The notes under the pieces: generated by a model
What the model was told of the DNA's origin: nothing
Database searches by the model: none
Seen by the model: only the letters and a program-made list of their open reading frames with translations
Program-made: the position numbers and the translations under genes
Assembly: GCA_004556165.1 (NCBI GenBank)
Contig: SFIR01000001.1
Coordinates: 66,336 to 130,335, forward strand
DNA from: Clostridiales bacterium
GTDB lineage: Bacteria > Bacillota > Clostridia > Christensenellales > CAG-138
Reading direction: 5' to 3'
Length of the DNA stretch: 64,000 bases
Part shown: positions 34,846 to 44,424 of the stretch, in pieces
How the letters are laid out: every line of letters begins with the position of its first letter
Position numbering within the stretch: the first letter of the stretch is position 1

Positions 34846-36132
34846 ATGAAAAAGTATCTTGCACTTGTTCTGGCAATCATGCTTGTCCTCCCCATGGCAA
34901 TCTGTTTTGCCGGCTGTGGCAAGTCCGAAGGCAGCGTATATTACCTGAACTTCAAGCCCGAAGCAGATGCAGCATGGCAGCAGCTTGCAAAGACCTATAC
35001 CGAGAAGACCGGTGTCGAGGTTAAGGTTGTCACCGCAGCATCCGGAACCTACAACGAAGTCCTTACCGCAGAGATGGATAAGGAAAATCCCCCCACCCTC
35101 TTCCAGTGCGGAAACCAGGGCGCAATCAAGACCTGGGGTGAATTCTGCTATGATCTTTCCGGTACCGATTTCTATAAGGAAATGACCACCGATGATTTCA
35201 ACCTCTACGGCGAAAACGGTGAGCTGCTCGCAGCAGGTTATTGCTATGAAGCATTCGGCATCATCGTAAATAAGGCTCTCCTTAAGACCGCAGGTTACGA
35301 GATCACCGATATCAAGGATTTCGCTTCTCTTAAGGCGATTGCCGATGATATCCATGCTCGTGCAGAAGAGCTCGGCTTCGATGCTTTCTCCGCAGCAGGT
35401 CTTGATGGCTCTTCCTCCTGGAGGTTCAGCGGACATCTTGCCAATATGCCTCTGTTCTATCAGTTCCGTGATGACAAAGTGACCGCACAGCCCGCAACCA
35501 TCACCGACAAGTATCTTGATAACTTCAAGAATATTTGGGATCTCTATATTACCGATTCCGCTACCACCGGCGCTGCTCTTATCACCTCCACCGGTGATGA
35601 GTCCGAAGCACAGTTCGGCAACGGTAAGGCAGTATTCTATCAGAACGGCACTTGGGAATATTCCAATCTCACCGAAACCTTCGGCATGAATGCAGAGGAC
35701 CTCGCCATGATCCCCATCTATTGCGGCGTTGAGGGCGAAGAGAATTCCGCTCTGTGCTGCGGCACCGAGAATTGCTGGAGCGTTAACAAGAATGCTTCCA
35801 AGGAAGATATCGAAGCAACCCTTGATTTCATGAAGTGGGTTGTAACCTCCGAAGAAGGCACCACTATGCTGGCTCAGGAATTCGGTCCCTGCCCCTTCAA
35901 GAATGCTAAGGAACCGGCGAACGTATTCTTCGCAGATGCCAACAAGTATATTGCAAACGGCAATTATGTTGTTACCTGGGCATTCAACTACACCCCCAGT
36001 GTTGACAATTGGCGCGCAGGCGTTGTTGACGCTCTCTCCAAGTATGTTTCCGGTACCGGCGAATGGCAGGGCGTTGTTGATGCATTCGTAAAGGGCTGGG
36101 AAACCCAGTATCAGGCAGAGAATGCCGGCTAA
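34846..36132 (+). CDS. sugar (maltodextrin-type) ABC transporter substrate-binding lipoprotein
   Basis: Lipobox ICFAGCGKS. SBP_bac_1-like sequence. Operon context with malQ. Confidence 0.88.
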   Translation: MKKYLALVLAIMLVLPMAICFAGCGKSEGSVYYLNFKPEADAAWQQLAKTYTEKTGVEVKVVTAASGTYNEVLTAEMDKENPPTLFQCGNQGAIKTWGEFCYDLSGTDFYKEMTTDDFNLYGENGELLAAGYCYEAFGIIVNKALLKTAGYEITDIKDFASLKAIADDIHARAEELGFDAFSAAGLDGSSSWRFSGHLANMPLFYQFRDDKVTAQPATITDKYLDNFKNIWDLYITDSATTGAALITSTGDESEAQFGNGKAVFYQNGTWEYSNLTETFGMNAEDLAMIPIYCGVEGEENSALCCGTENCWSVNKNASKEDIEATLDFMKWVVTSEEGTTMLAQEFGPCPFKNAKEPANVFFADANKYIANGNYVVTWAFNYTPSVDNWRAGVVDALSKYVSGTGEWQGVVDAFVKGWETQYQAENAG

Positions 36133-36199
36133 TATTCCGTAAATGCATTGAATACGGCTCGGCAAGCGTATGAGCCGTGAGTTATGCGAAAGAATAATT

Positions 36200-36236
36200 G
36201 AGGGGCGGGCAGAATACGCCCACCCCTCTTTGTTTT
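36200..36236 (+). terminator. intra-operon terminator/attenuator hairpin after the binding-protein gene
   Basis: GAGGGGCGGGC / GCCCACCCCTC (10 of 11 bp) followed by TTTGTTTT. Confidence 0.55.
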
Positions 36237-36306
36237 GAAAAATATACTGAAACAGCTCATATTGAAGCGTATTTTTCAAAGCAAAACCTGCGGGAGGTAT
36301 TAGGAA

Positions 36307-37227
36307 ATGAAGTTATTTGCAAGAAAACCATCGGACGGCTCTCATAATTCAAAGCTGATAAGGCGTCCGATGCAGCGATGGTGTTGGCTGTTCCTGTTGC
36401 CGACCTTTGCAGCATTCTGCATAGGATTCTTATGGCCGTTTTTCCAGGGTCTGTTCCTGTCGTTCTGTAAATTCAAGGTTACCAAGATTTGGACTTGGGT
36501 GGGATTCAGCAACTATGTTCAGGCATTCAGCGACCCGTCTTTCCTGCATGCTTTTTGGTACACGGCGGTTTTTGCGGTCGTGTCGCTTGTGTTAATAAAT
36601 GTTTTGGCATTTGCCGTTGCATACGCACTGACTCAGAATATCAAGGGATCGAACCTTTTCCGCACGGTTTTCTTCATGCCGAACCTCATCGGCGGTATCG
36701 TGCTTGCTTTTATTTGGTCAATGATCTTTGACGGCATTCTTGTTGCATACGGTACGAGCATACTGCTCAAAACCGAATTCGGATTCTGGGGATTGGTTAT
36801 TCTGATGTGTTGGCAGCAGATAGGTTATATGATGATAATCTATATTGCAGGCCTTCAGGCGGTGCCGGAGGATCTTATCGAAGCTGCCAAGATTGACGGA
36901 GCAAGCAAATGGCAGACTCTCATCAAAGTTACCATTCCGAATGTTATGCCGTCCATAACGATATGCACATTCCTGACTCTTACCAATTCATTTAAGCTCT
37001 TTGACCAGAACTTTGCGTTGACAGGAGGCAGGCCGTTCGTGATGCTTGCCGACGGTACGACGGTCAAGACGACCGAGATGCTTGCACTCAATATTTACAA
37101 TTCCTTCTATACAAATCTCACTAACCGAGGAGTCGGTCAGGCGAAAGCTGTTATTTTCTTCATCTTAGTTGTAGCCCTCGGACTCATCCAGCTCAAAGCG
37201 ACACGCTCAAAGGAGGTACAGCAGTAA
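36307..37227 (+). CDS. sugar ABC transporter permease (MalF/BPD family)
   Basis: The EAA-loop region is ..LIEAAKIDGASKWQTLIKVTIP.. Six TM segments. Confidence 0.9.
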   Translation: MKLFARKPSDGSHNSKLIRRPMQRWCWLFLLPTFAAFCIGFLWPFFQGLFLSFCKFKVTKIWTWVGFSNYVQAFSDPSFLHAFWYTAVFAVVSLVLINVLAFAVAYALTQNIKGSNLFRTVFFMPNLIGGIVLAFIWSMIFDGILVAYGTSILLKTEFGFWGLVILMCWQQIGYMMIIYIAGLQAVPEDLIEAAKIDGASKWQTLIKVTIPNVMPSITICTFLTLTNSFKLFDQNFALTGGRPFVMLADGTTVKTTEMLALNIYNSFYTNLTNRGVGQAKAVIFFILVVALGLIQLKATRSKEVQQ

Positions 37228-38090
37228 TGCGGCATCGTGAATCTACACTTAAAAGCGAAAAAGCAAGAAAGACAATACTTTCAGTGGTTTTGGCTGTGAT
37301 ATGCTTCATCTATATCCTGCCTATATTCGTCGTGCTGATGAATTCATTCAAAACCAATGCCGCTGTCAACACCGATACTTTCGCATTTCCGAATAAAGAT
37401 ACCTTTGTCGGACTGAAAAACTATATCAAAGGTATGACCTTCGGCAATTACCCGTTCTATAAGTCCGTGTTTTTCAGCTTCTTTATCACCATAGTTTCAA
37501 CCATACTCATTCTCGTATGTACTTCGATGGCAGCATGGTACATTGCAAGAGTCGGCAGTCCTATATGTAAGATAGTGTACTATCTGTGCATTTTTTCAAT
37601 GGTCGTGCCGTTCCAGATGGTCATGTTCACCCTTTCAAGGACTGCTGATACGCTTCATCTGAACTCTCCTTGGACGATACCGATAATCTATCTCGGATTC
37701 GGCGCAGGCCTTGCCGTATTCATGTTTACTGGATTCATTAAGTCAATACCGATAGAAATTGAAGAAGCAGCTGCCATAGACGGCTGCAGCCCTGTACGCA
37801 CCTTCTTCAAGGTAGTACTTCCGATGATGAAGCCGACCCTGATCTCGGTCGGAATTCTCGAAATAATGTGGGTTTGGAATGACTTCCTGCTTCCGTACCT
37901 GGTACTCGACCGCAATCTGTATATGACGATTCCTATCCATATTCAGTACCTGAAAGGAAGCTACGGAACGGTTGACCTCGGTGCGACAATGGCTTTGATC
38001 GTGCTCGGCATACTCCCTGTGATAATCTTCTATCTGTTCTGCCAGAAGTACATCATCAAGGGTGTTGCTGCCGGCGCAGTGAAAGGATAA
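37227..38090 (+). CDS. carbohydrate ABC transporter permease (MalG-like)
   Basis: ..IEEAAAIDGCSPVRTFFKVVLPMMKP.. Six TM segments. Confidence 0.9.
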   Translation: MRHRESTLKSEKARKTILSVVLAVICFIYILPIFVVLMNSFKTNAAVNTDTFAFPNKDTFVGLKNYIKGMTFGNYPFYKSVFFSFFITIVSTILILVCTSMAAWYIARVGSPICKIVYYLCIFSMVVPFQMVMFTLSRTADTLHLNSPWTIPIIYLGFGAGLAVFMFTGFIKSIPIEIEEAAAIDGCSPVRTFFKVVLPMMKPTLISVGILEIMWVWNDFLLPYLVLDRNLYMTIPIHIQYLKGSYGTVDLGATMALIVLGILPVIIFYLFCQKYIIKGVAAGAVKG

Positions 38091-38093
38091 AAA

Positions 38094-39605
38094 ATGGAAC
38101 GCTCTTCTGCGATACTCTTGGCAGTATCCTCGCTGCCTTCGCCATACGGCATAGGCACTCTCGGCAAAGCGGCATATGAGTTTGTCGATTTCCTTAAAGC
38201 AGCAGGGCAGAGTTATTGGCAGCTTCTGCCCATGGGTCCTACAAGCTACGGTGATTCCCCGTATCAGAGCTTTTCGACCTTTGCCGGGAATCCATATTAT
38301 ATTGATCTCGATATGCTGATCGGGGAAGGTCTCCTTTCGGAAGATGAGGTATGCTCCGTCGATTGGGGTGATGACCCTCGCCATGTCGATTACGGCAGGA
38401 TCTATTCCCACCGCTTCGATTTGCTGAAAAAAGCAAAGGAACGCGGCTGGAACCGCGATAAGGCGGAGATCGGGCAATTTGTTGCTGAAAATAAAAACTG
38501 GCTCCCGGATTATGCGCTTTTCATGGCATTAAAACGCCATTTCTGCATGCGTTCATGGACTGAATGGGAGGATGAGGATATCAGGCTTCATAAGGAAGAG
38601 GCAGTACGGAAATACAGCGCTCTTCTCGGTGATGAAATCGACTTATTTATCTATATCCAGTTCCTTTTCTTCAAGCAATGGAATCATCTTAAAGTCTACG
38701 CTCACGAAAACGGAGTGAAGTTCATCGGAGATGTGCCAATCTATGTTGCGCTCGATTCTTCGGATGTCTGGGCCGGATCGGAGAATTTTCAGCTTAATAG
38801 AGAGAGAATACCTATAGAGGTAGCCGGCGTACCGCCCGATTATTTCAGCGAGGATGGGCAGCTCTGGGGCAATCCTCTGTATGATTACGAGCATATGGAA
38901 AAGGATGGCTTCCGCTGGTGGGTTAACCGCATCGCAGGCTATACAAAGCTCTATGACGTAATAAGGATTGACCATTTCCGCGGACTCGAGAGCTATTGGG
39001 CAGTACCCTTTGGCGATACAACTGCAAAGCACGGCCGTTGGGTCAAAGGTCCGGATATGAAACTGATCGGGAAGCTCAAAGAAGCGTTTAAGGACATCGA
39101 ATTTATCGCCGAGGACCTCGGATATCCGACTCCTGAGGTTGAAAAAATGCTCAAGGATTCAGGCTTCCCGGGAATGAAGGTGCTGGAGTTTGCATTCGAT
39201 GCACATAATCCGAGCGATTACCTTCCGCATAGGTATATCGTTAACTGCATCTGCTATACCGGGACGCATGACAATCCGCCTCTTGCCCTTTGGCGGGAGG
39301 AAACCGGCTCCGATGACCTTGAGTTTGCGAAGAAATACCTCGGTCTGAGCGATGAAGAGGGTCTGGATTTCGGAATAATCCGCGGAGGCATGAGCTCAGT
39401 AGCGAAGCTGTTTGTAGCGCAGATGCAGGATTATCTCGGGCTCGGCAAAGGACATCGCATGAACTGCCCCGGTACGCAGACCGGTAATTGGACTTGGCGA
39501 TTGCTTCCCGGGGAATTGACCCCAGCTCTTGCGGAAAAAATACATGAAATGACGCGTATATACGGTCGTATGAATATTCAGGAGGAAACATTATGTCAGA
39601 AGTAA
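38094..39605 (+). CDS. malQ: 4-alpha-glucanotransferase (amylomaltase, GH77)
   Basis: ..GIGTLGKAAYEFVDFL..WQLLP.GPT..GDSPYQS.. and IRIDHFRG. Confidence 0.93.
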   Translation: MERSSAILLAVSSLPSPYGIGTLGKAAYEFVDFLKAAGQSYWQLLPMGPTSYGDSPYQSFSTFAGNPYYIDLDMLIGEGLLSEDEVCSVDWGDDPRHVDYGRIYSHRFDLLKKAKERGWNRDKAEIGQFVAENKNWLPDYALFMALKRHFCMRSWTEWEDEDIRLHKEEAVRKYSALLGDEIDLFIYIQFLFFKQWNHLKVYAHENGVKFIGDVPIYVALDSSDVWAGSENFQLNRERIPIEVAGVPPDYFSEDGQLWGNPLYDYEHMEKDGFRWWVNRIAGYTKLYDVIRIDHFRGLESYWAVPFGDTTAKHGRWVKGPDMKLIGKLKEAFKDIEFIAEDLGYPTPEVEKMLKDSGFPGMKVLEFAFDAHNPSDYLPHRYIVNCICYTGTHDNPPLALWREETGSDDLEFAKKYLGLSDEEGLDFGIIRGGMSSVAKLFVAQMQDYLGLGKGHRMNCPGTQTGNWTWRLLPGELTPALAEKIHEMTRIYGRMNIQEETLCQK

Positions 39606-40777
39606 CCTTGAGGAACGTAAAAAAGATCTATCCCTTCGTATCCGGTGAGGGCAAAAAGAAAAGGAAGAAGAAAAAGGATGCGGAGCCTGAGAAAAAATCA
39701 AATCTTCAAATAACCGATAAGGGTGTTGTGGCAGTACAGGATTTCAATCTTGATATTAGAGATAAGGAATTCATCGTTCTTGTCGGGCCGTCCGGCTGCG
39801 GAAAATCCACGACCCTCAGAATGATAGCGGGTCTCGAAGATATATCCGAAGGCGAACTCTACATTGACGGCAAGATAATGAATGATGTTGCTCCCAAGGA
39901 CAGGGATATTGCGATGGTTTTCCAGAACTATGCACTCTATCCCCATATGACAGTGTATGAGAATATGGCCTTTTCTCTCAAGCTCAAAAAGTATCCTAAA
40001 GCAGAGATAGATCGTATCGTTCGGGAATCCGCGGAGATACTCGATATCACGGAGTACCTCGACAGAAAGCCCAAGGCACTTTCCGGCGGTCAGCGTCAGC
40101 GCGTCGCTATAGGACGTGCCATTGTACGCAAACCCAAGGTTTTCCTGATGGATGAACCCCTTTCAAACCTTGATGCAAAGCTCCGCAACCAGATGCGTGC
40201 AGAGCTCATTAAGCTCCGCGAGAAGATTGATACCACCTTCATATATGTCACCCACGATCAGGTCGAAGCAATGACCCTCGGCGACAGGATTGTAATCATG
40301 AAGGATGGCTTTATTCAGCAGATCGGTACGCCGCAGGAGGTATTCAATCATCCTGCAAACCTGTTCGTCGCGAGCTTTATCGGCACTCCGCAGATGAATT
40401 TCTTCGAAAATTGCAGTCTTATGCACCATGGTAACGGATACAGCATAGATGTCATGGGTCACAGGCTCAATCTTACCGCCGAACAAAACGCAGCCCTTTC
40501 TGCCGCAGGCATCGAAGATAGGAGAGTTACTATCGGCGTTCGCCCCGTCCATATGAACCTCGGGCACAGCGGCATAGCTGCGGAGATAGATGTTTCCGAG
40601 CTAATGGGCAGTGAAATGCATTTGCATCTCAATGCCGGCGGCAAGGATATCGTAGCGGTAGTACCCACTGCGAATGCGGATTTCAATACCTTTGCAAGGC
40701 ATACGGTAGTTAACCTGACCTTTGATCCGAGGCTCGTCCATATCTTTGATCCCGAAAGCGAAAAGAATCTTATCTGA
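39593..40777 (+). CDS. sugar ABC transporter ATP-binding protein (MsmK/MalK/UgpC type) with a Lys-rich N-terminal insertion
   Basis: GPSGCGKST, LSGGQRQRVAIGRA and VFLMDEPLSNLD, plus a C-terminal TOBE-like domain. Confidence 0.92.
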   Translation: MSEVTLRNVKKIYPFVSGEGKKKRKKKKDAEPEKKSNLQITDKGVVAVQDFNLDIRDKEFIVLVGPSGCGKSTTLRMIAGLEDISEGELYIDGKIMNDVAPKDRDIAMVFQNYALYPHMTVYENMAFSLKLKKYPKAEIDRIVRESAEILDITEYLDRKPKALSGGQRQRVAIGRAIVRKPKVFLMDEPLSNLDAKLRNQMRAELIKLREKIDTTFIYVTHDQVEAMTLGDRIVIMKDGFIQQIGTPQEVFNHPANLFVASFIGTPQMNFFENCSLMHHGNGYSIDVMGHRLNLTAEQNAALSAAGIEDRRVTIGVRPVHMNLGHSGIAAEIDVSELMGSEMHLHLNAGGKDIVAVVPTANADFNTFARHTVVNLTFDPRLVHIFDPESEKNLI

Positions 40778-40802
40778 AACTCGAATGTGATTTGAATAAT
40801 CT

Positions 40803-40832
40803 AAAAGCATGCCGAAATACAGGCATGCTTTT
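40803..40832 (+). terminator. rho-independent terminator of the maltodextrin operon
   Basis: AAAAGCATGCC-GAAATACA-GGCATGCTTTT, a perfect stem. Confidence 0.8.
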
Positions 40833-41176
40833 ATGTATTCTCATATAAACAAATCGGACTGTTTGAGCACTTCTGCGCTCAAGGACAGTATTCTTGAACA
40901 CGAAAAAAGCTGCCGAAGTAATTCAATGGCAGGATTTATGCAAATACTGATAAAGGTTCCTAAGTATTCATTCCACCCGTATTTTGCGTAGAAAACAAAC
41001 TTAAATGGCAGCTTTGCGCTCATAAAACGGAGTCATTATTCAAATGCATGAAATATGTTCCCCTTGAGATTCATGTTGGTTCATATGGCCGAAACGGTAC
41101 ATTTTAAGTAAAAAACAGGAATACAGGGCTTTTTATTGAATCCTCCATAAAATATGGCAAAAAATCACATCAACTC

Positions 41177-41205
41177 TTGACAAAATATGTCGAAATATGT
41201 ATTAT
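41177..41205 (+). promoter_or_regulatory. promoter TTGACA-17-TATTAT
   Basis: -35 at 41177-41182, -10 at 41200-41205. The spacer holds a tandem AAATATGT-CG-AAATATGT. Confidence 0.55.
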
Positions 41206-41239
41206 TGTGCCATAAACCTATTCGCAGGAGATTAACAAT

Positions 41240-42103
41240 ATGTCCCTGAATGAAATTCTTAAAAAATTCTTTGATATGATCTGCATAAAAATGGACCCCA
41301 AGCCCCAACCTTGGGGAGTTTGGCATCTGTCATTCCTTATTATCGGAATCGGGCTTGCTATCTTCATAAGCTATAAGCTGCGTCATGCAAGCCTAAAAAC
41401 CTTTAACCGTGTGCTTAGAATCGTCGGCTTCTCGCTTATCGGACTTGAAGTTTTCAAGCTCATGTACAATTATTACGCGCTTTATGATATGGACTATAAC
41501 CAAATCATGTTCATATTCCCGTTCCAGCTTTGCAGCATGCCTCTGTACATGTCGGTTATTGCGTCATATCTTAGGGAGGACAGCAAGGTTCGGAAAGCCA
41601 TGCTCACGTTTATGATGACATTTTCGCTGATGAGCGGAGTTGCAGCATATATCGAACCGTCCGGAATACTCAATAGCACTCTCGTTTCAACGATCCATTC
41701 CTGCGTCTGGCATCTCGTGCTTGTATTCTTCGGATTCTTCATTGGATTCTCAGGCAGGGTCGGTAAGGAATTCGGAGATTTCCTATACGCCGAGGTACTC
41801 TTTATTGTTTGCTGCATGATTGCGCTTTGTCTGAATGTCACGCTGCCGCTATTTATGACTCATGACCTCGATTCGGTAAATATGTTCTTTATCGGACCGC
41901 AGAGATCATCCCTCATCGTATTCTGCGATATCTATGATAAGTTCGGTTGGGTCGTTCAGGCAATCAGCTATGTTGTTCTGCTCTCGATTGGCGGTTTCAT
42001 CGTCTTTCTGCCGTTTGTGCTCACTTGGCGAGCTAAGCAAAGAAAGAAAGTACCTGCTGCTTCGGTTCCGGATATGGAGCTGAACCTTGCAGCGCAGAAA
42101 TAA
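41240..42103 (+). CDS. polytopic membrane protein (YwaF/TIGR02206-like)
   Basis: About 7 TM segments. The motif FPFQLCSMPLY resembles the P-L-H/Q-L-C motif of the YwaF family. Confidence 0.5.
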   Translation: MSLNEILKKFFDMICIKMDPKPQPWGVWHLSFLIIGIGLAIFISYKLRHASLKTFNRVLRIVGFSLIGLEVFKLMYNYYALYDMDYNQIMFIFPFQLCSMPLYMSVIASYLREDSKVRKAMLTFMMTFSLMSGVAAYIEPSGILNSTLVSTIHSCVWHLVLVFFGFFIGFSGRVGKEFGDFLYAEVLFIVCCMIALCLNVTLPLFMTHDLDSVNMFFIGPQRSSLIVFCDIYDKFGWVVQAISYVVLLSIGGFIVFLPFVLTWRAKQRKKVPAASVPDMELNLAAQK

Positions 42104-42294
42104 TATCATCCTGTTGCAGATATGTATAAACATCTGCCTTCATATGGTTTGACCGAGCAACCGGCCACATTATCTGAACCAGACGGCGAATTACTGTGCT
42201 TACGGATTCTCCCACAGCACCCCAGAATGGAATACCGCTGCAAGCGGTGGCCGTCGAAGCAAGGGGAATAATGGTATTTTACCGCTGAAGCAAT

Positions 42295-42334
42295 AAGAAA
42301 CGGGTATTCCGCCTATCTGCGGAGTGCCCGTTTT
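42295..42334. terminator. bidirectional terminator hairpin
   Basis: AAACGGGTATTCCGC / GCGGAGTGCCCGTTT with T-rich flanks on both strands. Confidence 0.6.
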
Positions 42335-42347
42335 CCATAGAAAAATA

Positions 42348-42755
42348 TTACACCTCTCTGTTGTAGATTAAAGAGACATGCTTTCGGTTGCCGCCGATTA
42401 AGAAGACAGCAGCCACAACGCAGAGCCCCATATAGCAGGTGAGAAGCAAACGCAGCGGAACGACCTCGGAAAGTAGACCTGCGGTCAGTTCACCGATGAG
42501 CATGCCGATGGTGTTGAGCATGAGGAATGCTCCGTTGAACCTGCCCTTGCGCTCATCGGGTACATATGACTGCGTGGAGGAAATGCGGATGTTGTAGGAG
42601 GTAGCGCTGAGTATGCCGATAAGGAAACACATGATCTGCATTATTGTTATCGGTGTGTACAGATAAGCTCCCTCAAGCGATGATGATACGATGTAAACAA
42701 TCAGAGCAATGCTGAATTTCTTTACACTAACGGAATCCGGTGGCAGACGCTTCAA
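42348..42755 (-). pseudogene. MFS transporter C-terminal fragment (5'-truncated remnant)
   Basis: 135 aa with 4 TM segments and ..SYVPDERKGRFNGAF.. (MFS loop motif). This is only about one third of a normal MFS protein. The upstream sequence is the hutH promoter. Confidence 0.5.
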
Positions 42756-42781
42756 CGATTTAGTATAATCGTTTGCACCGC

Positions 42782-42810
42782 TTGACTATATGCTCCATCT
42801 CTTATATAAT
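42782..42810 (+). promoter_or_regulatory. hut operon promoter TTGACT-17-TATAAT
   Basis: -35 at 42782-42787, -10 at 42805-42810. Confidence 0.6.
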
Positions 42811-42866
42811 TACGCTTGGATAAATGTGTCCATACCGCGCATTATTTCAGATTAAGGAGAATCAAA

Positions 42867-44393
42867 ATGATAACAATCAACGGGATGAGCTTGACGGTTG
42901 AGCAGGTTGCCGCCGTTGCTCGTAATTACGAACAGGTAGTTATAAGCGAAGAAGCTAAACAGAAGGTCAATAAGGCCCGCGCTTATGTCGAAAAAAAGCT
43001 TGATGAAAAAGCCGTTGTATACGGCCTTACCACTGGCTTCGGTAAGTTTTCGGATAAATACATCTCCATTGAAGATACCGCTCGGCTCCAGCGCAATCTA
43101 ATAATCTCCCATTCCTGCGGAATGGGCAATCCCTTGCCGACCGAGGCTGTACGCGCTGCAATGCTTCTGCGCTGCAATGCCCTTTGCCGCGGCAACTCAG
43201 GCATCAGGCTTTCCACAATTGAGACCCTGCTTGCAATGCTCAATAACCGTGTTCATCCCATAGTCCCCGAAAAGGGCTCCCTTGGTGCGAGCGGAGATTT
43301 GGCGCCGCTTGCACACATGGTTCTTGTGCTAATCGGCGAGGGCAAAGCCGAATACATGGGCGAGATCATGAGCGGCAGGGAAGCGATGGACAGGGCAGGT
43401 ATCCCCGTTGTTGAGCTTGCTGCCAAGGAAGGCCTTGCGCTCATAAACGGCACTCAGATCATGACGGCTGTCGGCTGCCTTGCCGTTTACGATGCAAAGC
43501 GGCTTGCCAAGACCGCAGATATCGCATGTGCGCTGACCGCAGAAGCTCTAAATGGAATAAAGAAAGCATACGACCCGAAAATCCATGAGCTCCGCGGCCA
43601 TCAGGGTCAGATAGATTCTGCTAAAAATCTGCTTACCCTTCTGAACGGCAGTGAACTTGCACATGATACCGTACCGGGTAAGGTTCAGGATGCATATGCA
43701 CTCCGCTGTACTCCGCAGGTACACGGCGCAAGCAGGGATGCTATCGACTATGTCTATAATGCTGTTTCCAGAGAGATAAACGCGGTTACCGATAACCCGA
43801 TTATCTTCCCTGATGATGATGAAGCTATCTCCGGCGGCAACTTCCATGGCCAGCCCATGGCACTTGCTTTCGATTTCCTCGGCATCGCACTTGCAGAGTA
43901 TGCCAATATCTCCGAACGCCGTATCGAAAGGCTTGTAAATCCTGCTCTGAGCGAAGGCCTCCCTGCATTCCTAAGCGAAAACGGAGGGCTCAATTCAGGC
44001 TTCATGATTACTCAGTATTCCGCTGCGAGCATGGTTTCAGAGAACAAGGTCTGGGCTCATCCTGCAAGCGTTGACTCGATCCCATCCTCCGCTAATCAGG
44101 AGGATCATGTCAGCATGGGTACGATAGCAGCACGCAAGGCAAGAATGATACTTGATAATGCTCAGAAGGTATTGGGCATTGAATTGTTCGCAGCAAGTCA
44201 GGCAATTTTTCTCCGTAATGGAGAGGAGAAGATGGCTCCTGCAACCAAGGCGGTCTATGACCGCATACGTGCGGTAGTCGCACCGATCCATAACGACATA
44301 GTCATGTATGAGCAGATGAATAAATTTGATGCCATGATAAAGTCCGAAGCGATCGTCAATGCTGCCGAAAAGGTCACCGGTGAACTTGAATAA
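42867..44393 (+). CDS. hutH: histidine ammonia-lyase
   Basis: MIO-forming GASGDLAPLAH. The ATG at 42867 follows AAGGAG. Confidence 0.95.
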   Translation: MITINGMSLTVEQVAAVARNYEQVVISEEAKQKVNKARAYVEKKLDEKAVVYGLTTGFGKFSDKYISIEDTARLQRNLIISHSCGMGNPLPTEAVRAAMLLRCNALCRGNSGIRLSTIETLLAMLNNRVHPIVPEKGSLGASGDLAPLAHMVLVLIGEGKAEYMGEIMSGREAMDRAGIPVVELAAKEGLALINGTQIMTAVGCLAVYDAKRLAKTADIACALTAEALNGIKKAYDPKIHELRGHQGQIDSAKNLLTLLNGSELAHDTVPGKVQDAYALRCTPQVHGASRDAIDYVYNAVSREINAVTDNPIIFPDDDEAISGGNFHGQPMALAFDFLGIALAEYANISERRIERLVNPALSEGLPAFLSENGGLNSGFMITQYSAASMVSENKVWAHPASVDSIPSSANQEDHVSMGTIAARKARMILDNAQKVLGIELFAASQAIFLRNGEEKMAPATKAVYDRIRAVVAPIHNDIVMYEQMNKFDAMIKSEAIVNAAEKVTGELE

Positions 44394-44424
44394 TTTTGCT
44401 GCCCGTAAAAAGGAGGTACTATAA

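Noticed and set aside
34747-36279. 510-aa minus-strand ORF, the longest unexplained ORF in the track
   Set aside because: It is exactly antisense to the clearly genuine sugar-binding lipoprotein gene (34846..36132). The translation is low-complexity (G/C/I/L-rich), and it has no RBS or family motif. It is a shadow ORF.
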